Shown here in pieces: positions 19,560 through 30,272 of a stretch of 64,000 nt of DNA. Both the position numbers and the translations under genes were made by a program. Position 1 is the stretch's first letter, and the number at the start of each line of letters is the position of its first letter. The notes under the pieces are model-generated. The model was not told the origin of the DNA. It saw nothing but the letters and a program-made list of their open reading frames with translations, and made no database searches. The stretch is from Tepidisphaera sp. (GTDB lineage Bacteria > Planctomycetota > Phycisphaerae > Phycisphaerales > UBA1924), in contig CP051526.1 of NCBI GenBank assembly GCA_050916045.1, positions 256,001 to 320,000 of the forward strand. The letters run 5' to 3'.

Positions 19560-20552
19560 TTAGAGCATTCCTGAGAGAATCCGCTGCGGGGCGCCGTCCG
19601 CGATCCCCTGGTAGTACTTGATGATGTGGTACGCCGCGGGGGCGACCATGATGAGGCCCGTGAACCGGTCGGCGAGCCCGCCGTGGCCCGGAAGCGTCGC
19701 CGCCATGTCGCGGATGCCGATATCCCGCTTGATCGAATCGGTGATCAGTTCGCCAAGCTGGGCTCCGATCCCCGTGAGCAAGCCCAGAAGCCACAGGGCA
19801 CCCGGGTCGTCCAGCCGCCCGCCGGGGAAGACCAGCGTGCCAAGCCACGTGACCAGCAGCGCCACGCAGACCACCGCCGCGAGCTGGCCCCCCACGGTCG
19901 TGCCCGGCGAGGTGTTCCGGAAGACCCGGCGGCCCGGGAAGACCCGCGAGAAGAAGAAGGTGAGCACATCGCTCAGCTGGACGCAGAAGAGCAGCATCGC
20001 GAGGATCGGGCGGTAGTTCGGGTCGTTCACGATGAACGCGAAGTGGCCGAGCCCGACGCCAAAAAGCAGGAAGCCGATGGAGGCGAGGGAGACCCGCTGG
20101 AGGTATCCCTGCGGCTTGTCGGGCAGGACCGCCGCCGCCGCGATCAGCACCACCGCCATCGGCTGCAGCGCGACGAAGAGGGCGTACCAGTTGTCCACCA
20201 CGGCGAAGTAGACCGCGACGATCGCGATGAAGGTGAGGGCGCTCAGCCGCTGGTCGCGGAAGAGGCCCGTCGCCCGGGCGTACTCGCGGTAGCAGACGAG
20301 GGAGATCACGAGCATCAGGCCCATCGCGCTGGCCTGGCAGAGCAGGAGCGGCACGATCATCGCGGGGGCGAGGGCCCACCATGTCCGGTAGTTCGCCCAG
20401 ATGTCCGTCCGCCGCCGCGCCGAGATCCGCCCCGAGCGGTCCAGCACCAGCGTGATCAGCGGGGCGAGCACCAGCGCGGCCAATGCCAGACCCGCGCACC
20501 AGAGTGCGACCGGGTGTTCGAAAGCTCCCTTGATCGAGAACAGATGCTCCAT
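19560..20552 (-). CDS. Phosphatidate cytidylyltransferase (CdsA/YnbB-like)
   Basis: Multi-TM; SPGTTVGG, GELITDSIKRDIGIRD...LPGHGGLADR. Confidence 0.9.
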   Translation of the reverse strand: MEHLFSIKGAFEHPVALWCAGLALAALVLAPLITLVLDRSGRISARRRTDIWANYRTWWALAPAMIVPLLLCQASAMGLMLVISLVCYREYARATGLFRDQRLSALTFIAIVAVYFAVVDNWYALFVALQPMAVVLIAAAAVLPDKPQGYLQRVSLASIGFLLFGVGLGHFAFIVNDPNYRPILAMLLFCVQLSDVLTFFFSRVFPGRRVFRNTSPGTTVGGQLAAVVCVALLVTWLGTLVFPGGRLDDPGALWLLGLLTGIGAQLGELITDSIKRDIGIRDMAATLPGHGGLADRFTGLIMVAPAAYHIIKYYQGIADGAPQRILSGML

Positions 20553-20597
20553 CGGACCCGCAGCATACGGATCCTGACAAGCCCCCGGCGGACCGGA

Positions 20598-21764
20598 TCA
20601 GAACATGTCCACCATCCAGGGCGTCCCCTGGCTGAAGAGGTGAGCGGCGGCGGCGAGGTCCGGGCCGGACCCCCGCACCTCGCCCATGAGCGCGGCTTGC
20701 TGGGGCGTCGCGTACCCGGTGTAGAGCATGGCCAGGCCGCGGATCGTCGTCGCCACCGTACCGGGGCCCCCCGGCGTGACCGCTGCCTTGCCGTTCTGGA
20801 CCTCAAGCGTCCAACGGCCTTGGTTGGCCGGGATCAGGTCGTCGGTGACGTCCAGATGGAGCGTGGCCGAGAGGCCGGCGGGGTAGCCGCGGGATTCCAG
20901 AGCGTGCTTGACGCTCAGGATGCGGATCAGAGCCGAGTCCTTGAGATGGGCGGAGTACCGCTGCTGGCGGAGCATCGTGAGCGCTGGGTGGGTCGGCCCG
21001 CCGAAGAAGACCAGGTCCTCGCCCATCATCCGGAAGTCGGCGAGGAATCCCCAGAGCCGGCGGCCGGCTTGCGGCGTCGTGAAGACAAAGTCCGAGAGCG
21101 TGATGTCCTGCCGGCCGTCGGGCCGCCGGCCCTGATGGAGCATCACGTACCCGTCAAAGCCGCCCGAAGCGTTCGCGACCGCGTACCCCAGGTATTCCAT
21201 TTCGCGGAACTTGCGCACGCGGCCCCAGACGTACGGCCCGCGGTCCAGCGTCCCGGTGAAGCGCGACGCGAACTCGGCGTAGCACTGCTTGACGCGGTGG
21301 TCATCCTCGTCGGTGATCGCGTGGAGCGGCCCCGTGTCGTCGGTGATGTCGATCTGCACCAGTGGGACGGCGTACTGAAAGCGGTGCGCGGCGTGCTCAA
21401 ACCCGACGCCGCGGTACAGCGTGTGCGTCGACGCGTAGAGCCCCGCGAGGGCAAAGCCGTCCTCCGCCGCATCCTGCACGAACCCGCGCATCAGCTTCTT
21501 CGCGTAGCCCTGACCGCGATTCTCCGGCGCGACGCCCACACCGGCGACACCCTGCATCGAGACGGACCTGCCGCCCACGTAAAGCCCCATCGGCACGTGC
21601 AGCAGCGTCGCCGCGACGCGCTCGCCGTCGCGCACAAGGCGGAAGTTCGCATCCCCGCCGTGCTTCATCCAGTCCGTGACGCCCTCGGCCGTGCCGGCGA
21701 ACGCCAGACGGATGATGCGGTGGATCGCGGGGCGGTCGGCCTCGGTGAGTTTCGAGAGGTGCAT
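20598..21764 (-). CDS. Eis-family GNAT acetyltransferase with SCP2-like C-terminus
   Basis: GVAGVGVAPENRGQGYA, LYAS...YRGVGFE, DDLIPANQG, LAMLYTG. Confidence 0.9.
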   Translation of the reverse strand: MHLSKLTEADRPAIHRIIRLAFAGTAEGVTDWMKHGGDANFRLVRDGERVAATLLHVPMGLYVGGRSVSMQGVAGVGVAPENRGQGYAKKLMRGFVQDAAEDGFALAGLYASTHTLYRGVGFEHAAHRFQYAVPLVQIDITDDTGPLHAITDEDDHRVKQCYAEFASRFTGTLDRGPYVWGRVRKFREMEYLGYAVANASGGFDGYVMLHQGRRPDGRQDITLSDFVFTTPQAGRRLWGFLADFRMMGEDLVFFGGPTHPALTMLRQQRYSAHLKDSALIRILSVKHALESRGYPAGLSATLHLDVTDDLIPANQGRWTLEVQNGKAAVTPGGPGTVATTIRGLAMLYTGYATPQQAALMGEVRGSGPDLAAAAHLFSQGTPWMVDMF

Positions 21765-21779
21765 GCGTGGGATCGTCCT

Positions 21780-21980
21780 TCAGCCGCCGCCGACCAGCGA
21801 GACCAGTTCGACCGAGTCACCCTCGGCGAGCACGGTCTCGGCGTGGCGCCGCTTGGGAACCAGGGTCTTGTTGACCTCGGCGGCCACGGCGGCGCGACCG
21901 AGGCCGAGTTCCTCGATGAGCGCGGCGATCGTCGTTCCGGGGGCGATCTCCCGCTTGGCGCCATTGACGGTGACGGTCAT
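21780..21980 (-). CDS. thiS: Sulfur carrier protein ThiS
   Basis: VTVNG, VAAEVN, C-terminal VGGG. Confidence 0.92.
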   Translation of the reverse strand: MTVTVNGAKREIAPGTTIAALIEELGLGRAAVAAEVNKTLVPKRRHAETVLAEGDSVELVSLVGGG

Positions 21981-22033
21981 GGACAAATATATGAGCCAGC
22001 GGCCCCTCGGGATGCACGCTCCAATGATCCGTC

Positions 22034-24322
22034 ATGCCCAACCGCTTGGCACAGAGCACCAGCCCGTACCTGCTTCAACACGCCAACAACCCCGTGGACT
22101 GGTACCCGTGGGGCGAGGAAGCGTTCGCGGAAGCAAGGCGGCGCGACGTCCCGATCTTCCTCTCGATCGGCTACTCGACCTGCTACTGGTGCCACGTGAT
22201 GGAGCGGGAGAGCTTTGAGAACGCCGAGATCGGCAAGCTCCTCTCCGACCGGTTCGTGTGCATCAAGGTCGACCGCGAGGAGCGGCCCGACGTCGACGAC
22301 CTCTACATGCAAGCGACGCTTGCCGTCCGCGGGCAGGGTGGCTGGCCGATGACGGTGTTCCTTGAGCCTCGCACACTCAAGCCGTTCTGGTGCGGGACGT
22401 ATTTCCCGCCGTCACCCCGGAGCGGGATGCCGGGATTGCCGCAAGTGGTCGAGGGCGTCATGGCCGCGTGGCGGGACAAACGGGCCGAGGTGGACGCACA
22501 GGCGGCAGCCATCGCAGACGCCGTTGCCGAGCAGCTTCAGGGTCAGCCGGAAGCCAGAGCCATCGGGGCTTCGGAGATTTCCGAAGCGGTCGGGGTGCTG
22601 CTTCGGATGTACGACCGGCAGCATGGCGGATTCGGGCGGGCACCCAAGTTCCCGCAGCCGGTCTTTCTCGATTTCCTGCTCGACGTGCGGAGTCAGGTCG
22701 GCGACCAGGATACGAAGGACGCGATCGATCTGGCGGTCCGCCACACGCTGGACCGGATGGCAGTGGGGGGGCTCTTCGATCAGGTCGGCGGCGGGTTTCA
22801 TCGGTACAGCGTCGACGGCCACTGGACGGTGCCGCACTTTGAGAAGATGCTCTACGACAACGCGATGCTCGCGAGCGTGTACGCGAAAGCGGCGAAGACG
22901 TACGACGATGCGTTCTATCGCAAGATCACGGTGCGGACGCTCGACTATCTCGCGAGGGAGATGCGTGGCGAGCAGGGTGGGTTCTTCTCCGCGCAGGACG
23001 CCGAGGTCGATCATCGCGAGGGCTTGAATTATCTTTGGACTCCCAAGGATCTGAACGCCGCGCTCGGTGATGCGGATGGGGCGTGGGCTGGCGACATGTA
23101 CGGCGTCAATCGCGGGCCGAACTTTCAGGACCCGCACCATCCCGGAGAGCCTGCAAAAAGCGTGCTCCGGCTTGACGGGAGGCCCGAAGTGGCGGGGATC
23201 GACGAGGCGCGGCTTGCGGACGTCAACCTTCGCTTGCTGAATGCCAGGGGAAAGCGCAAGCAGCCGCACCTTGACGACAAGGTGCTCGTTGGCTGGAACG
23301 GGCTTGCCATTTCCGCCTTCGCCGCCGGTTTCGCGATGACGCACGAGCGGGCTTACCTGTTGTCCGCTGAGCGGGCCGCCAAGTTCGTTTCCACGGAGCT
23401 CGTGACTCCGGACGGAGATCTGCGCCGCAGTGCGCGGGATGACGCGGCCAGCGGCCATGGCTTCTTTGAGGACTACGCGTTCGTCATCCGTGGCCTGCTC
23501 GACCTCGCGGATGTCAGCGGCGCGGACACGTCGTGGCGGTCCATCGCGGCGCGGCTTTCCGGCAGGGCGAAAGCTCTCTTTCGTGACGAAGCCACCGGCA
23601 TCTACTACGACACGCGGGCCGACCAGCCGGACCTCTTCGTCCGGGCACGCTCGGTTCACGATGGAGCGATCCCCTCGGCGAGCGGGGTGCATCTGCACAA
23701 TCTGCTCTCGCTCGCGGCCGCGACCGGCGATCAAGCGTGGGCACGCGAAGCTTCGGACCTCCTCGCATCCATGAGCGGCAAGGTCGCCGAGTCCTCCGTG
23801 GGCGCGATCAACAGCATCCGCGCTGCGGTCCGCATGCTGACCGACGAGCGCTTCGCCCAGGTCTACGGCGCGGTCCTCGGCGGCAAGGACGACGTTCCCG
23901 ACCCGGAAGCGACCACGCTCGTCGAGATGTACGCGGGCGTCGAGCGCATCGACATCGGCCCCGGCAAGCCCGGCTTGTTCGAGCTTCGCGTCAAGATCGC
24001 GCCGGGCTGCCATCTCATCGCCGCCGAACCCGGAGAATCGTGGGAGGGTGTGCTCACGCCGATGCGCATCTTTGCAATGGATGCTTCCGGCGGCCCGGCT
24101 TGCGTCGAGGTCTACGCCGAGTATCCCGAGGGTGAGCCGTACGGCATGGACGGCGGCCCCGTCCGCGTGTACAAGGGCGAGTTCACGATGCGGGTCGTCG
24201 TCGAAGCCGAAACCGAGTGGAAGGGCCGTCCCCTGCTGGGTGTTGAGTATCAAGCCTGCAGCGAGACGGCGTGCATGAAAGCGTCACGCGTCGAGCTTGA
24301 TGTCGCGATCGATCGGGCCTGA
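22034..24322 (+). CDS. YyaL/SSP411 (DUF255) thioredoxin-domain protein with C-terminal DsbD-N-like domain
   Basis: [53 protein letters not shown]-terminal YQACSETAC. Confidence 0.92.
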   Translation: MPNRLAQSTSPYLLQHANNPVDWYPWGEEAFAEARRRDVPIFLSIGYSTCYWCHVMERESFENAEIGKLLSDRFVCIKVDREERPDVDDLYMQATLAVRGQGGWPMTVFLEPRTLKPFWCGTYFPPSPRSGMPGLPQVVEGVMAAWRDKRAEVDAQAAAIADAVAEQLQGQPEARAIGASEISEAVGVLLRMYDRQHGGFGRAPKFPQPVFLDFLLDVRSQVGDQDTKDAIDLAVRHTLDRMAVGGLFDQVGGGFHRYSVDGHWTVPHFEKMLYDNAMLASVYAKAAKTYDDAFYRKITVRTLDYLAREMRGEQGGFFSAQDAEVDHREGLNYLWTPKDLNAALGDADGAWAGDMYGVNRGPNFQDPHHPGEPAKSVLRLDGRPEVAGIDEARLADVNLRLLNARGKRKQPHLDDKVLVGWNGLAISAFAAGFAMTHERAYLLSAERAAKFVSTELVTPDGDLRRSARDDAASGHGFFEDYAFVIRGLLDLADVSGADTSWRSIAARLSGRAKALFRDEATGIYYDTRADQPDLFVRARSVHDGAIPSASGVHLHNLLSLAAATGDQAWAREASDLLASMSGKVAESSVGAINSIRAAVRMLTDERFAQVYGAVLGGKDDVPDPEATTLVEMYAGVERIDIGPGKPGLFELRVKIAPGCHLIAAEPGESWEGVLTPMRIFAMDASGGPACVEVYAEYPEGEPYGMDGGPVRVYKGEFTMRVVVEAETEWKGRPLLGVEYQACSETACMKASRVELDVAIDRA

Positions 24323-24325
24323 CGG

Positions 24326-25489
24326 TCAGTAGTCGCGCCGGGTGAAGACCCGCGCCGCGAGCGCGAGCACGAGCAGTTCGAACGCGAGCGAGGTCCCGAG
24401 CACCCAGAAAGTCGTCCGGTGCTTGAGTTCGGCTTCCACGCGGCGGTTGAACTCAAGCTCCTGCTTGCGGGTCATCCGGCGACCGATCGCACCCCCTTCG
24501 GGCATGTCGCTTGACGCGAGGGCGCCCTCGGGCATGAGCGGGCCCAGGTTCCGCTTGAGGTACGCGATGGTTTCGGAGGTCTTGGGAAGGACGGTCTTGA
24601 TCGAGACGACGATCCGCTCCGCGGTGCGGATGTCCCCGGAACGTTTCTCGAGTTCTTCGAGTTCCTTGCGCGTCGTCGGGAGGACGAAGGAGACTTTTTC
24701 GATCTCTTCGGCGGAGGGCTCGCGGCCTGGCGGGGTGCCGTCATCGCCGGTGTTGTTCTTGATCCACATGTCGCGGGCGCCCTTGGTCTGACGCTCGATG
24801 GTTGCGATCGTCTGCTCGCGGGAGATCTGGTTGTTCACCTTGAAAGCGATCACGAGGCCGTCCGCGGCGTTGAGGATGAACAGGAAGAACCAGAGCAGCA
24901 TCGTGAGCAGGATCGATGTGATCGTCGACTTGGTCAGAATCCCGAGCAGCACGCACACGGAATACAGATACGAGTAGAAAAGCACCACCAGCGGGATCGC
25001 CCAGAAAATCGAAGGCTCCCACGCTCCGCCCCGGATCCCGAAGACGAGAAAGCTCGCAAGCGTGAAGATCGCGACCTGCAGAGCGGTGAAAAGGAGCCCG
25101 GCGAAGTACTTCGTGAGGAAGAGCCGAAGCCGCGAGATCGGCTTGGCGAGCATGAGCTCGATCGACCCGCTCGCGATGAAATCCGGGAAGAGCCCGCCTG
25201 TCGACACCAGCGCCAGGATCGTCGCGCCCCATCCAAGCCAGTACGGCACGCCGAACTCGGCGAAGACGAACTTGTAGTACTGCGCCGGCGAGATCAGCTT
25301 GCTGTTGAAGATCGGGTTCTCGAACTCCCACCACAGCAGCGTGATTCCCTTCTCGTTGACGCCGAACGCCGCGAGCACGCCGACGACCAGCAGCGAGATG
25401 GCAAGTGCGAGCCAGAAGAGCTTCTTGCTCGAAAGCTCGCGGTACGCGTCGAGGAAGATCGCACGGGTCTGAATCAGCGTCGCGCTCAT
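24326..25489 (-). CDS. ABC-2 type transporter permease
   Basis: Multi-TM; GSIELMLAKPISR...KY; ends FTRRDY; ATGA overlap with the ATPase gene. Confidence 0.88.
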   Translation of the reverse strand: MSATLIQTRAIFLDAYRELSSKKLFWLALAISLLVVGVLAAFGVNEKGITLLWWEFENPIFNSKLISPAQYYKFVFAEFGVPYWLGWGATILALVSTGGLFPDFIASGSIELMLAKPISRLRLFLTKYFAGLLFTALQVAIFTLASFLVFGIRGGAWEPSIFWAIPLVVLFYSYLYSVCVLLGILTKSTITSILLTMLLWFFLFILNAADGLVIAFKVNNQISREQTIATIERQTKGARDMWIKNNTGDDGTPPGREPSAEEIEKVSFVLPTTRKELEELEKRSGDIRTAERIVVSIKTVLPKTSETIAYLKRNLGPLMPEGALASSDMPEGGAIGRRMTRKQELEFNRRVEAELKHRTTFWVLGTSLAFELLVLALAARVFTRRDY

Positions 25490-26463
25490 CGCTTGCCCTC
25501 CCCCAGGCTCGCGCCCGCTCGCTGGTCGTCCACGGCTTCCATGAACAGGTTCTCAAGCGACGGCCGGTACGGCTTGACCGATCGGATCGTGAGCCCGGCG
25601 GCTCGCAAAGCGTCGATCACGGGCTGCACCGCTTGCGGGTCTCCGCCGGGCACGGTGATCGTCGCGTCCGCGACGGACGCTCCGGGCAAGCCGCCGAGTT
25701 GCTGGCGGACGGCTTGCTCGATCCGCACGGGGTCGGCCGCGACCTCGACCTCGTACCGAAGCCTGTGCCGCGTCAGTTCATCGATCGTGCCCTGCGCCGC
25801 GACCTTGCCCTTGACCAGAATCGCCACGCGGTCCGCGACGACCTCAAGCTCTGAGAGCAGGTGCGAATTGATGAAGACCGTGGTCCCCTTGGCTTTGAGG
25901 GTCTTGATCATGTCCCGGATGTCGCGGCGGCCGTTGGGGTCCACACCGTCCGTCGGCTCATCGAGGATGACCAGGTCCGGGTCGTTCACAAGGGCTTGGG
26001 CGATCCCGACACGCTGCCGCATCCCCTTGGAGTACTTGGACACGGACTGGTCCGCCCACGCTCTCATGCCGACAAAGTCGAGAAGCTCATCCGCTCGGCG
26101 TCGGCGCTGCGCCGCGGGCGTTCCCGAGAGCGCCCCGAAGTAGTCGACCACCTGCCGGCCTGTCAGATACTCGGGGAACCGGTGATGTTCGGGGAGGTAG
26201 CCGATTCGTGCCAGCGTCGGCTTGTGCCCGACCGGCTGACCCAGCACCGTGCCCGTGGCTTTCGTCGGCCGGATCACGGTCGTCAGGATTTTGACGAGCG
26301 TCGACTTTCCAGCGCCATTGGGCCCGAGAAACCCGAAAATCTCACCCTTGCCGACCTGCATCGAGATGTTCTGCAGAGCGTGAATCCTGCGGCCGTAGGT
26401 CTTTGAGACTTCGGTGAGGTCAATCGCCCACGTCGAAGAACCCGGAGAATTGGAAGCTGCCAT
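25486..26463 (-). CDS. ABC transporter ATP-binding protein
   Basis: GPNGAGKST, YSKGMRQR, ILDEP, SH. Confidence 0.95.
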   Translation of the reverse strand: MAASNSPGSSTWAIDLTEVSKTYGRRIHALQNISMQVGKGEIFGFLGPNGAGKSTLVKILTTVIRPTKATGTVLGQPVGHKPTLARIGYLPEHHRFPEYLTGRQVVDYFGALSGTPAAQRRRRADELLDFVGMRAWADQSVSKYSKGMRQRVGIAQALVNDPDLVILDEPTDGVDPNGRRDIRDMIKTLKAKGTTVFINSHLLSELEVVADRVAILVKGKVAAQGTIDELTRHRLRYEVEVAADPVRIEQAVRQQLGGLPGASVADATITVPGGDPQAVQPVIDALRAAGLTIRSVKPYRPSLENLFMEAVDDQRAGASLGEGKR

Positions 26464-26481
26464 GAATGATCCTTGGGCGTC

Positions 26482-27168
26482 TTACGACGGACGTTTCGCA
26501 ACCACGTGGAAGACATGCCAGTGCTTGGCGTTTCCTTCGGCGTCGTGCCCCGGCTTGTTGGATTCATCAAGATGACCAATCACAAGCCCGTCGAGCATCT
26601 GTTGTACCTGCTCCCGGGTGTGATGGCTGCGGCCCGGAATCGTCGCCCACGAATCCTCGGGCCCGAAAAACTGACCCGCGAAGACGCTCCCGGGAGCCAT
26701 CGCGCCGCGGATCGCACGCCAGGCCCGGTCGAACTTCGCCGGTGCGATGAACGGAAGCGAGAACGAAGCGTTCACGACGTCCGCGGCTCCGAACTCCGGC
26801 CGCATCGCGAGAACCGAAGCCAGCGACTCGGTCCCGCCCTTCACGATCGTCAGCGCCGCTTCCTGATCCGCCGGTACGCCCTCCGCGATCAGCTTGGCCG
26901 CGTCCGGGTGCGGATCGAGGGCAAGGACCCGGAATCCCCGCCGCAGAAGCTCCCGCGTGTCGCGTCCCTCCCCCGCTCCAAGGTCCAAAGCCACCTTCGG
27001 ACCGTTCGCTCGATCTCCGCCGCGTTCCCAATGCTCCAGAGCCATCAAGAGGGTGTCACGCGCCGGTTTGCCCGCGACCGCGGCGTAGTAAGTCGACCAG
27101 TCACGGTCGCCCCAAGGGTTCAGAGGAGGGGTCGGGGATGGGTTCAAGGATGGTTGCTCGCTGGTCAT
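26482..27168 (-). CDS. Class I SAM-dependent methyltransferase (TehB-like)
   Basis: ALDLGAGEGRDT, VNASFSLPF, GQFFGPEDSW, KHWHVFHVVAK. Confidence 0.85.
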   Translation of the reverse strand: MTSEQPSLNPSPTPPLNPWGDRDWSTYYAAVAGKPARDTLLMALEHWERGGDRANGPKVALDLGAGEGRDTRELLRRGFRVLALDPHPDAAKLIAEGVPADQEAALTIVKGGTESLASVLAMRPEFGAADVVNASFSLPFIAPAKFDRAWRAIRGAMAPGSVFAGQFFGPEDSWATIPGRSHHTREQVQQMLDGLVIGHLDESNKPGHDAEGNAKHWHVFHVVAKRPS

Positions 27169-27181
27169 ACGCTGAAGGACA

Positions 27182-29290
27182 ATGTACGAGACCGTCAGGG
27201 ACTTTGTATCCGCACTCGACGCTTCCGGCGAGCTTTCGCGCATCGCCGCTCCCATTTCCCCCGTTCTTGAGATCGCCGCCCTCGCGGACCGCGAGAGCAA
27301 AGCCAAAGCCCCCAACCTCCCCAGCGTCTCCGCCCGCCAGGCAGATCCCCGGTTCCATGACCGCGGCGGCTCCGCCCTTCTGCTGACGAACGTGCAGGGG
27401 TCTGACATCCCCGTGCTGATCAACGCGTGGGGGTCGTACAAACGGATGGAGATGGCTTTGGGATGCGAGAAGGGCGGGTTCGCCGAGATCGCGCACCGCA
27501 TTGGCGAACTCGTCAAGCCCGAGCCTCCCAAATCGCTCGGGGAAGCGTGGGCGAAGCTCCAGACCCTCCTGCCCCTCCTCAAGACCCCGCCCAAGCGTCG
27601 CAAGGGGCTGGGCCTCTGCCAGGAGGTGATCCGCACGGGCGACGCGGTCGACCTGACGCGGCTTCCGATCATCCGCTGCTGGCCTCACGATGGCGATTAC
27701 GCCGCGCTCGGCTATCCGGGCGGCGTGAACGACGGCATCCCGGGCCTGGGCTCGGGCCCGGCTTGGGAACGCGACTTCCGAGGCCGGTACATCACCCTCG
27801 CGGGCATCCACACCATCCACGCCGACGATGAGGGCAATCCCAAGCCTTCTAGCCACAACATCGGCATGTACCGCGTCCAGCTTCTCGGGCCCCAGCGCGT
27901 CGCGATGCACTGGCACATGCACCACGACGGCGCCCGCCACTGGCGGTCCTGGAAACGCAAGGGCAAGCCGATGCCCGTCGCGATCGCTCTTGGCGGCGAA
28001 AGCGTCATGCCCTACGCCGCGACCGCACCCCTCCCGCCCGGCATCAGCGAGCTTCTCCTCGCCGGGTTCCTCAATCGCGGCGGCATTCCGATGGTCATGG
28101 GCCGCACCGTTCCGGTCTGGGTCCCCGCCAACGCCGAGATCATCATCGAGGGGTACGTCAGCGATCAAGCAGGCTTCATCGGCTGGGACCCGCGAGACCC
28201 CCACGCCGGCCCGCCCGGCCCCGGAGCGGTCTTCGAGGGCCCTTTCGGCGACCACACCGGCTTTTATTCGATGCCGGACCGGTACCCGATCCTGACCGTC
28301 ACCGCGATCACGCACCGTCGCGATCCGATCTATCCGACCACGGTCGTCGGCCTTCCCCCCCAGGAGGACTACTTCCTCGGGAAAGCCACCGAGCGGATCT
28401 TCCTCCCGCTTCTCAAAACGCTCATCCACGACATCGACGACTACGACCTTCCGATGTTCGGGGCGTTCCACAACTGCGCCTTCGTCAAGATCCGCAAGGA
28501 GTATCCGTTCCAAGCCCGCCGCGTCATGCACAGCGTCTGGGGCGCGGGGCAGATGGCGTGGACCAAGTCCGTCGTCGTCGTCGACCACGACGTCGATGTC
28601 CACGACACCGCCGCCGTGCTACGAGCGGTGGGGGAGCGGTGCATCCCCGGACGCGACACCGAGGAGGTCAGAGGCCCGCTCGACATTCTCGACCACGCCG
28701 CTCCGTTCCTGGGCGCGGGCGGCAAGCTGGGCCTGGATGCCACCCGCAAGACCGCCGATGCGGAACTGCACCAGAATCTCGACCCCCTCGCGGCTGAGCT
28801 TTGCGCCGCGGGCCCGATCGGGCCGGTGCTCGGCGATGCCGCCGTCCGCGCGGAGGCTCGCGTGAAGTCGCTGCCCGGCGTCCTCGATGCGCGGATCCCG
28901 GAGGAGCTTGGCGGCTGGTGGCTCCTGGTCCGCGCCTCCAAGGACAAAGCTGGCGACGGCGCCGCGGTGATCAAAGCTCTCGGGGCTCTGCCGAACGAGG
29001 TTGAGATTCCCCGTTGGACGATCGTTGCCGGTCCGGATTGCGCGCTCACCGGCTTCGATGACGCATTCTTCCACTGGCTCGCCAACGGCGCTCCCGACCG
29101 CGACCGCTATCTCAGCAAGTGCGGCCGCCGCGTCGCGTTCGACGCGACGCCGAAGGTCCCCGGCGATGAACGCCACGGGCTTCCGGTCCGGCCGTGGCCG
29201 CCGATCCTGAAGATGCCCGCCGAGGTCGTTGACCGGGCGATGCAAGCCAAGCGGGCCAGCCAAGCCAAGCAAGGAGAGCGTCATGGATGA
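27182..29290 (+). CDS. UbiD-family (prFMN) decarboxylase, menaquinone/futalosine type, with C-terminal extension
   Basis: NIGMYRVQ, MHWHMHHDG, AEIIIEG, EGPFGDHTGFY, GPLDILDHA, GKLGLDATRK. Confidence 0.92.
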   Translation: MYETVRDFVSALDASGELSRIAAPISPVLEIAALADRESKAKAPNLPSVSARQADPRFHDRGGSALLLTNVQGSDIPVLINAWGSYKRMEMALGCEKGGFAEIAHRIGELVKPEPPKSLGEAWAKLQTLLPLLKTPPKRRKGLGLCQEVIRTGDAVDLTRLPIIRCWPHDGDYAALGYPGGVNDGIPGLGSGPAWERDFRGRYITLAGIHTIHADDEGNPKPSSHNIGMYRVQLLGPQRVAMHWHMHHDGARHWRSWKRKGKPMPVAIALGGESVMPYAATAPLPPGISELLLAGFLNRGGIPMVMGRTVPVWVPANAEIIIEGYVSDQAGFIGWDPRDPHAGPPGPGAVFEGPFGDHTGFYSMPDRYPILTVTAITHRRDPIYPTTVVGLPPQEDYFLGKATERIFLPLLKTLIHDIDDYDLPMFGAFHNCAFVKIRKEYPFQARRVMHSVWGAGQMAWTKSVVVVDHDVDVHDTAAVLRAVGERCIPGRDTEEVRGPLDILDHAAPFLGAGGKLGLDATRKTADAELHQNLDPLAAELCAAGPIGPVLGDAAVRAEARVKSLPGVLDARIPEELGGWWLLVRASKDKAGDGAAVIKALGALPNEVEIPRWTIVAGPDCALTGFDDAFFHWLANGAPDRDRYLSKCGRRVAFDATPKVPGDERHGLPVRPWPPILKMPAEVVDRAMQAKRASQAKQGERHG

Positions 29291-30272
29291 GACGCTGGAT
29301 CAATCTCCGCTTCCCAAGCTTCCACCCAGGCCGCTTGACGGCCACAAGGGCACCTTCGGCACCGTCTCGATCGTCGGCGGCTCGACCAGCGATGGCCGCA
29401 TGATGATCGGAGCCCCCGCGCTCGCCGGCCGCGGCGCCCTTCGGGCGGGCTGCGGCCTCTGCCGCTTGGTCATGCCGCAGGAGATCCTCTCCGCGGGTCT
29501 CTCGCTCCTACCCAGCGCCACCGGGTTCGTCCTCCCCACTGACGACGCAGGCCGCATCGTCCCGCACGAAGCCGCCGCCGTTCTCGACGCCGTCCTTGCC
29601 GAGAGTAAAGCCGTCGTTGTCGGCCCCGGTATCGGCCTCAGCCTCGGTGCCGAAGCCGTCGTGCTCCGCGCCGTCCAGCAACGCACCGTCCCCGTCGTGG
29701 TGGACGCCGACGGCCTCACGGTCATGGCTCGCATCCCGGACCTCTGGCGCGACCTGCACGCCCCCCTCGTCCTCACGCCCCATCCGGGCGAGTTCAAACG
29801 GCTCGCCGACGCGATGAAGATCACGCTCGACCCCGTCGACCGAGCCACGCGGCCCGCCGCCGCAACGAACCTCGCTCAGCGGCTCGGTTGCGTCGTCGTC
29901 CTCAAGGGTGCGGGCACCGTTGTAAGCGACGGAGTCCGGACCTGGCGCTGCGAACGTGGCCACCCCTGCATGGGCACGGCCGGCACCGGCGATGTGCTCG
30001 CGGGCGTCATCGCGTCCCTGCTCGCCCAGCACTTTGACTCCACCCGCATGCTCGCCGCGGCCAAGCTCGCTTCGCGAAGCCCGGCGCTCGCGGCTTCCAT
30101 CAAGGTGGGGCTCACTCCCTTTGACCTCGCCCGAATCGCCGTCGAAGCCCACGCCCGGGCGGGCGAGCGCTGGGCCGAGCAAAGCACCCCCGCCGGCTTG
30201 CTCGCTCAGGAACTCGCCGACCTCGTGCCCGCCGAACTTCAAGCGATGTCCGAGCACGGGAGCGGGTCGTGA
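29283..30272 (+). CDS. nnrD: NAD(P)H-hydrate dehydratase (stand-alone)
   Basis: HKGTFG, GPGIG, VVDADGL, LTPHPGEF, VLKGAGT, AGTGDVLAG. Confidence 0.92.
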   Translation: MDETLDQSPLPKLPPRPLDGHKGTFGTVSIVGGSTSDGRMMIGAPALAGRGALRAGCGLCRLVMPQEILSAGLSLLPSATGFVLPTDDAGRIVPHEAAAVLDAVLAESKAVVVGPGIGLSLGAEAVVLRAVQQRTVPVVVDADGLTVMARIPDLWRDLHAPLVLTPHPGEFKRLADAMKITLDPVDRATRPAAATNLAQRLGCVVVLKGAGTVVSDGVRTWRCERGHPCMGTAGTGDVLAGVIASLLAQHFDSTRMLAAAKLASRSPALAASIKVGLTPFDLARIAVEAHARAGERWAEQSTPAGLLAQELADLVPAELQAMSEHGSGS

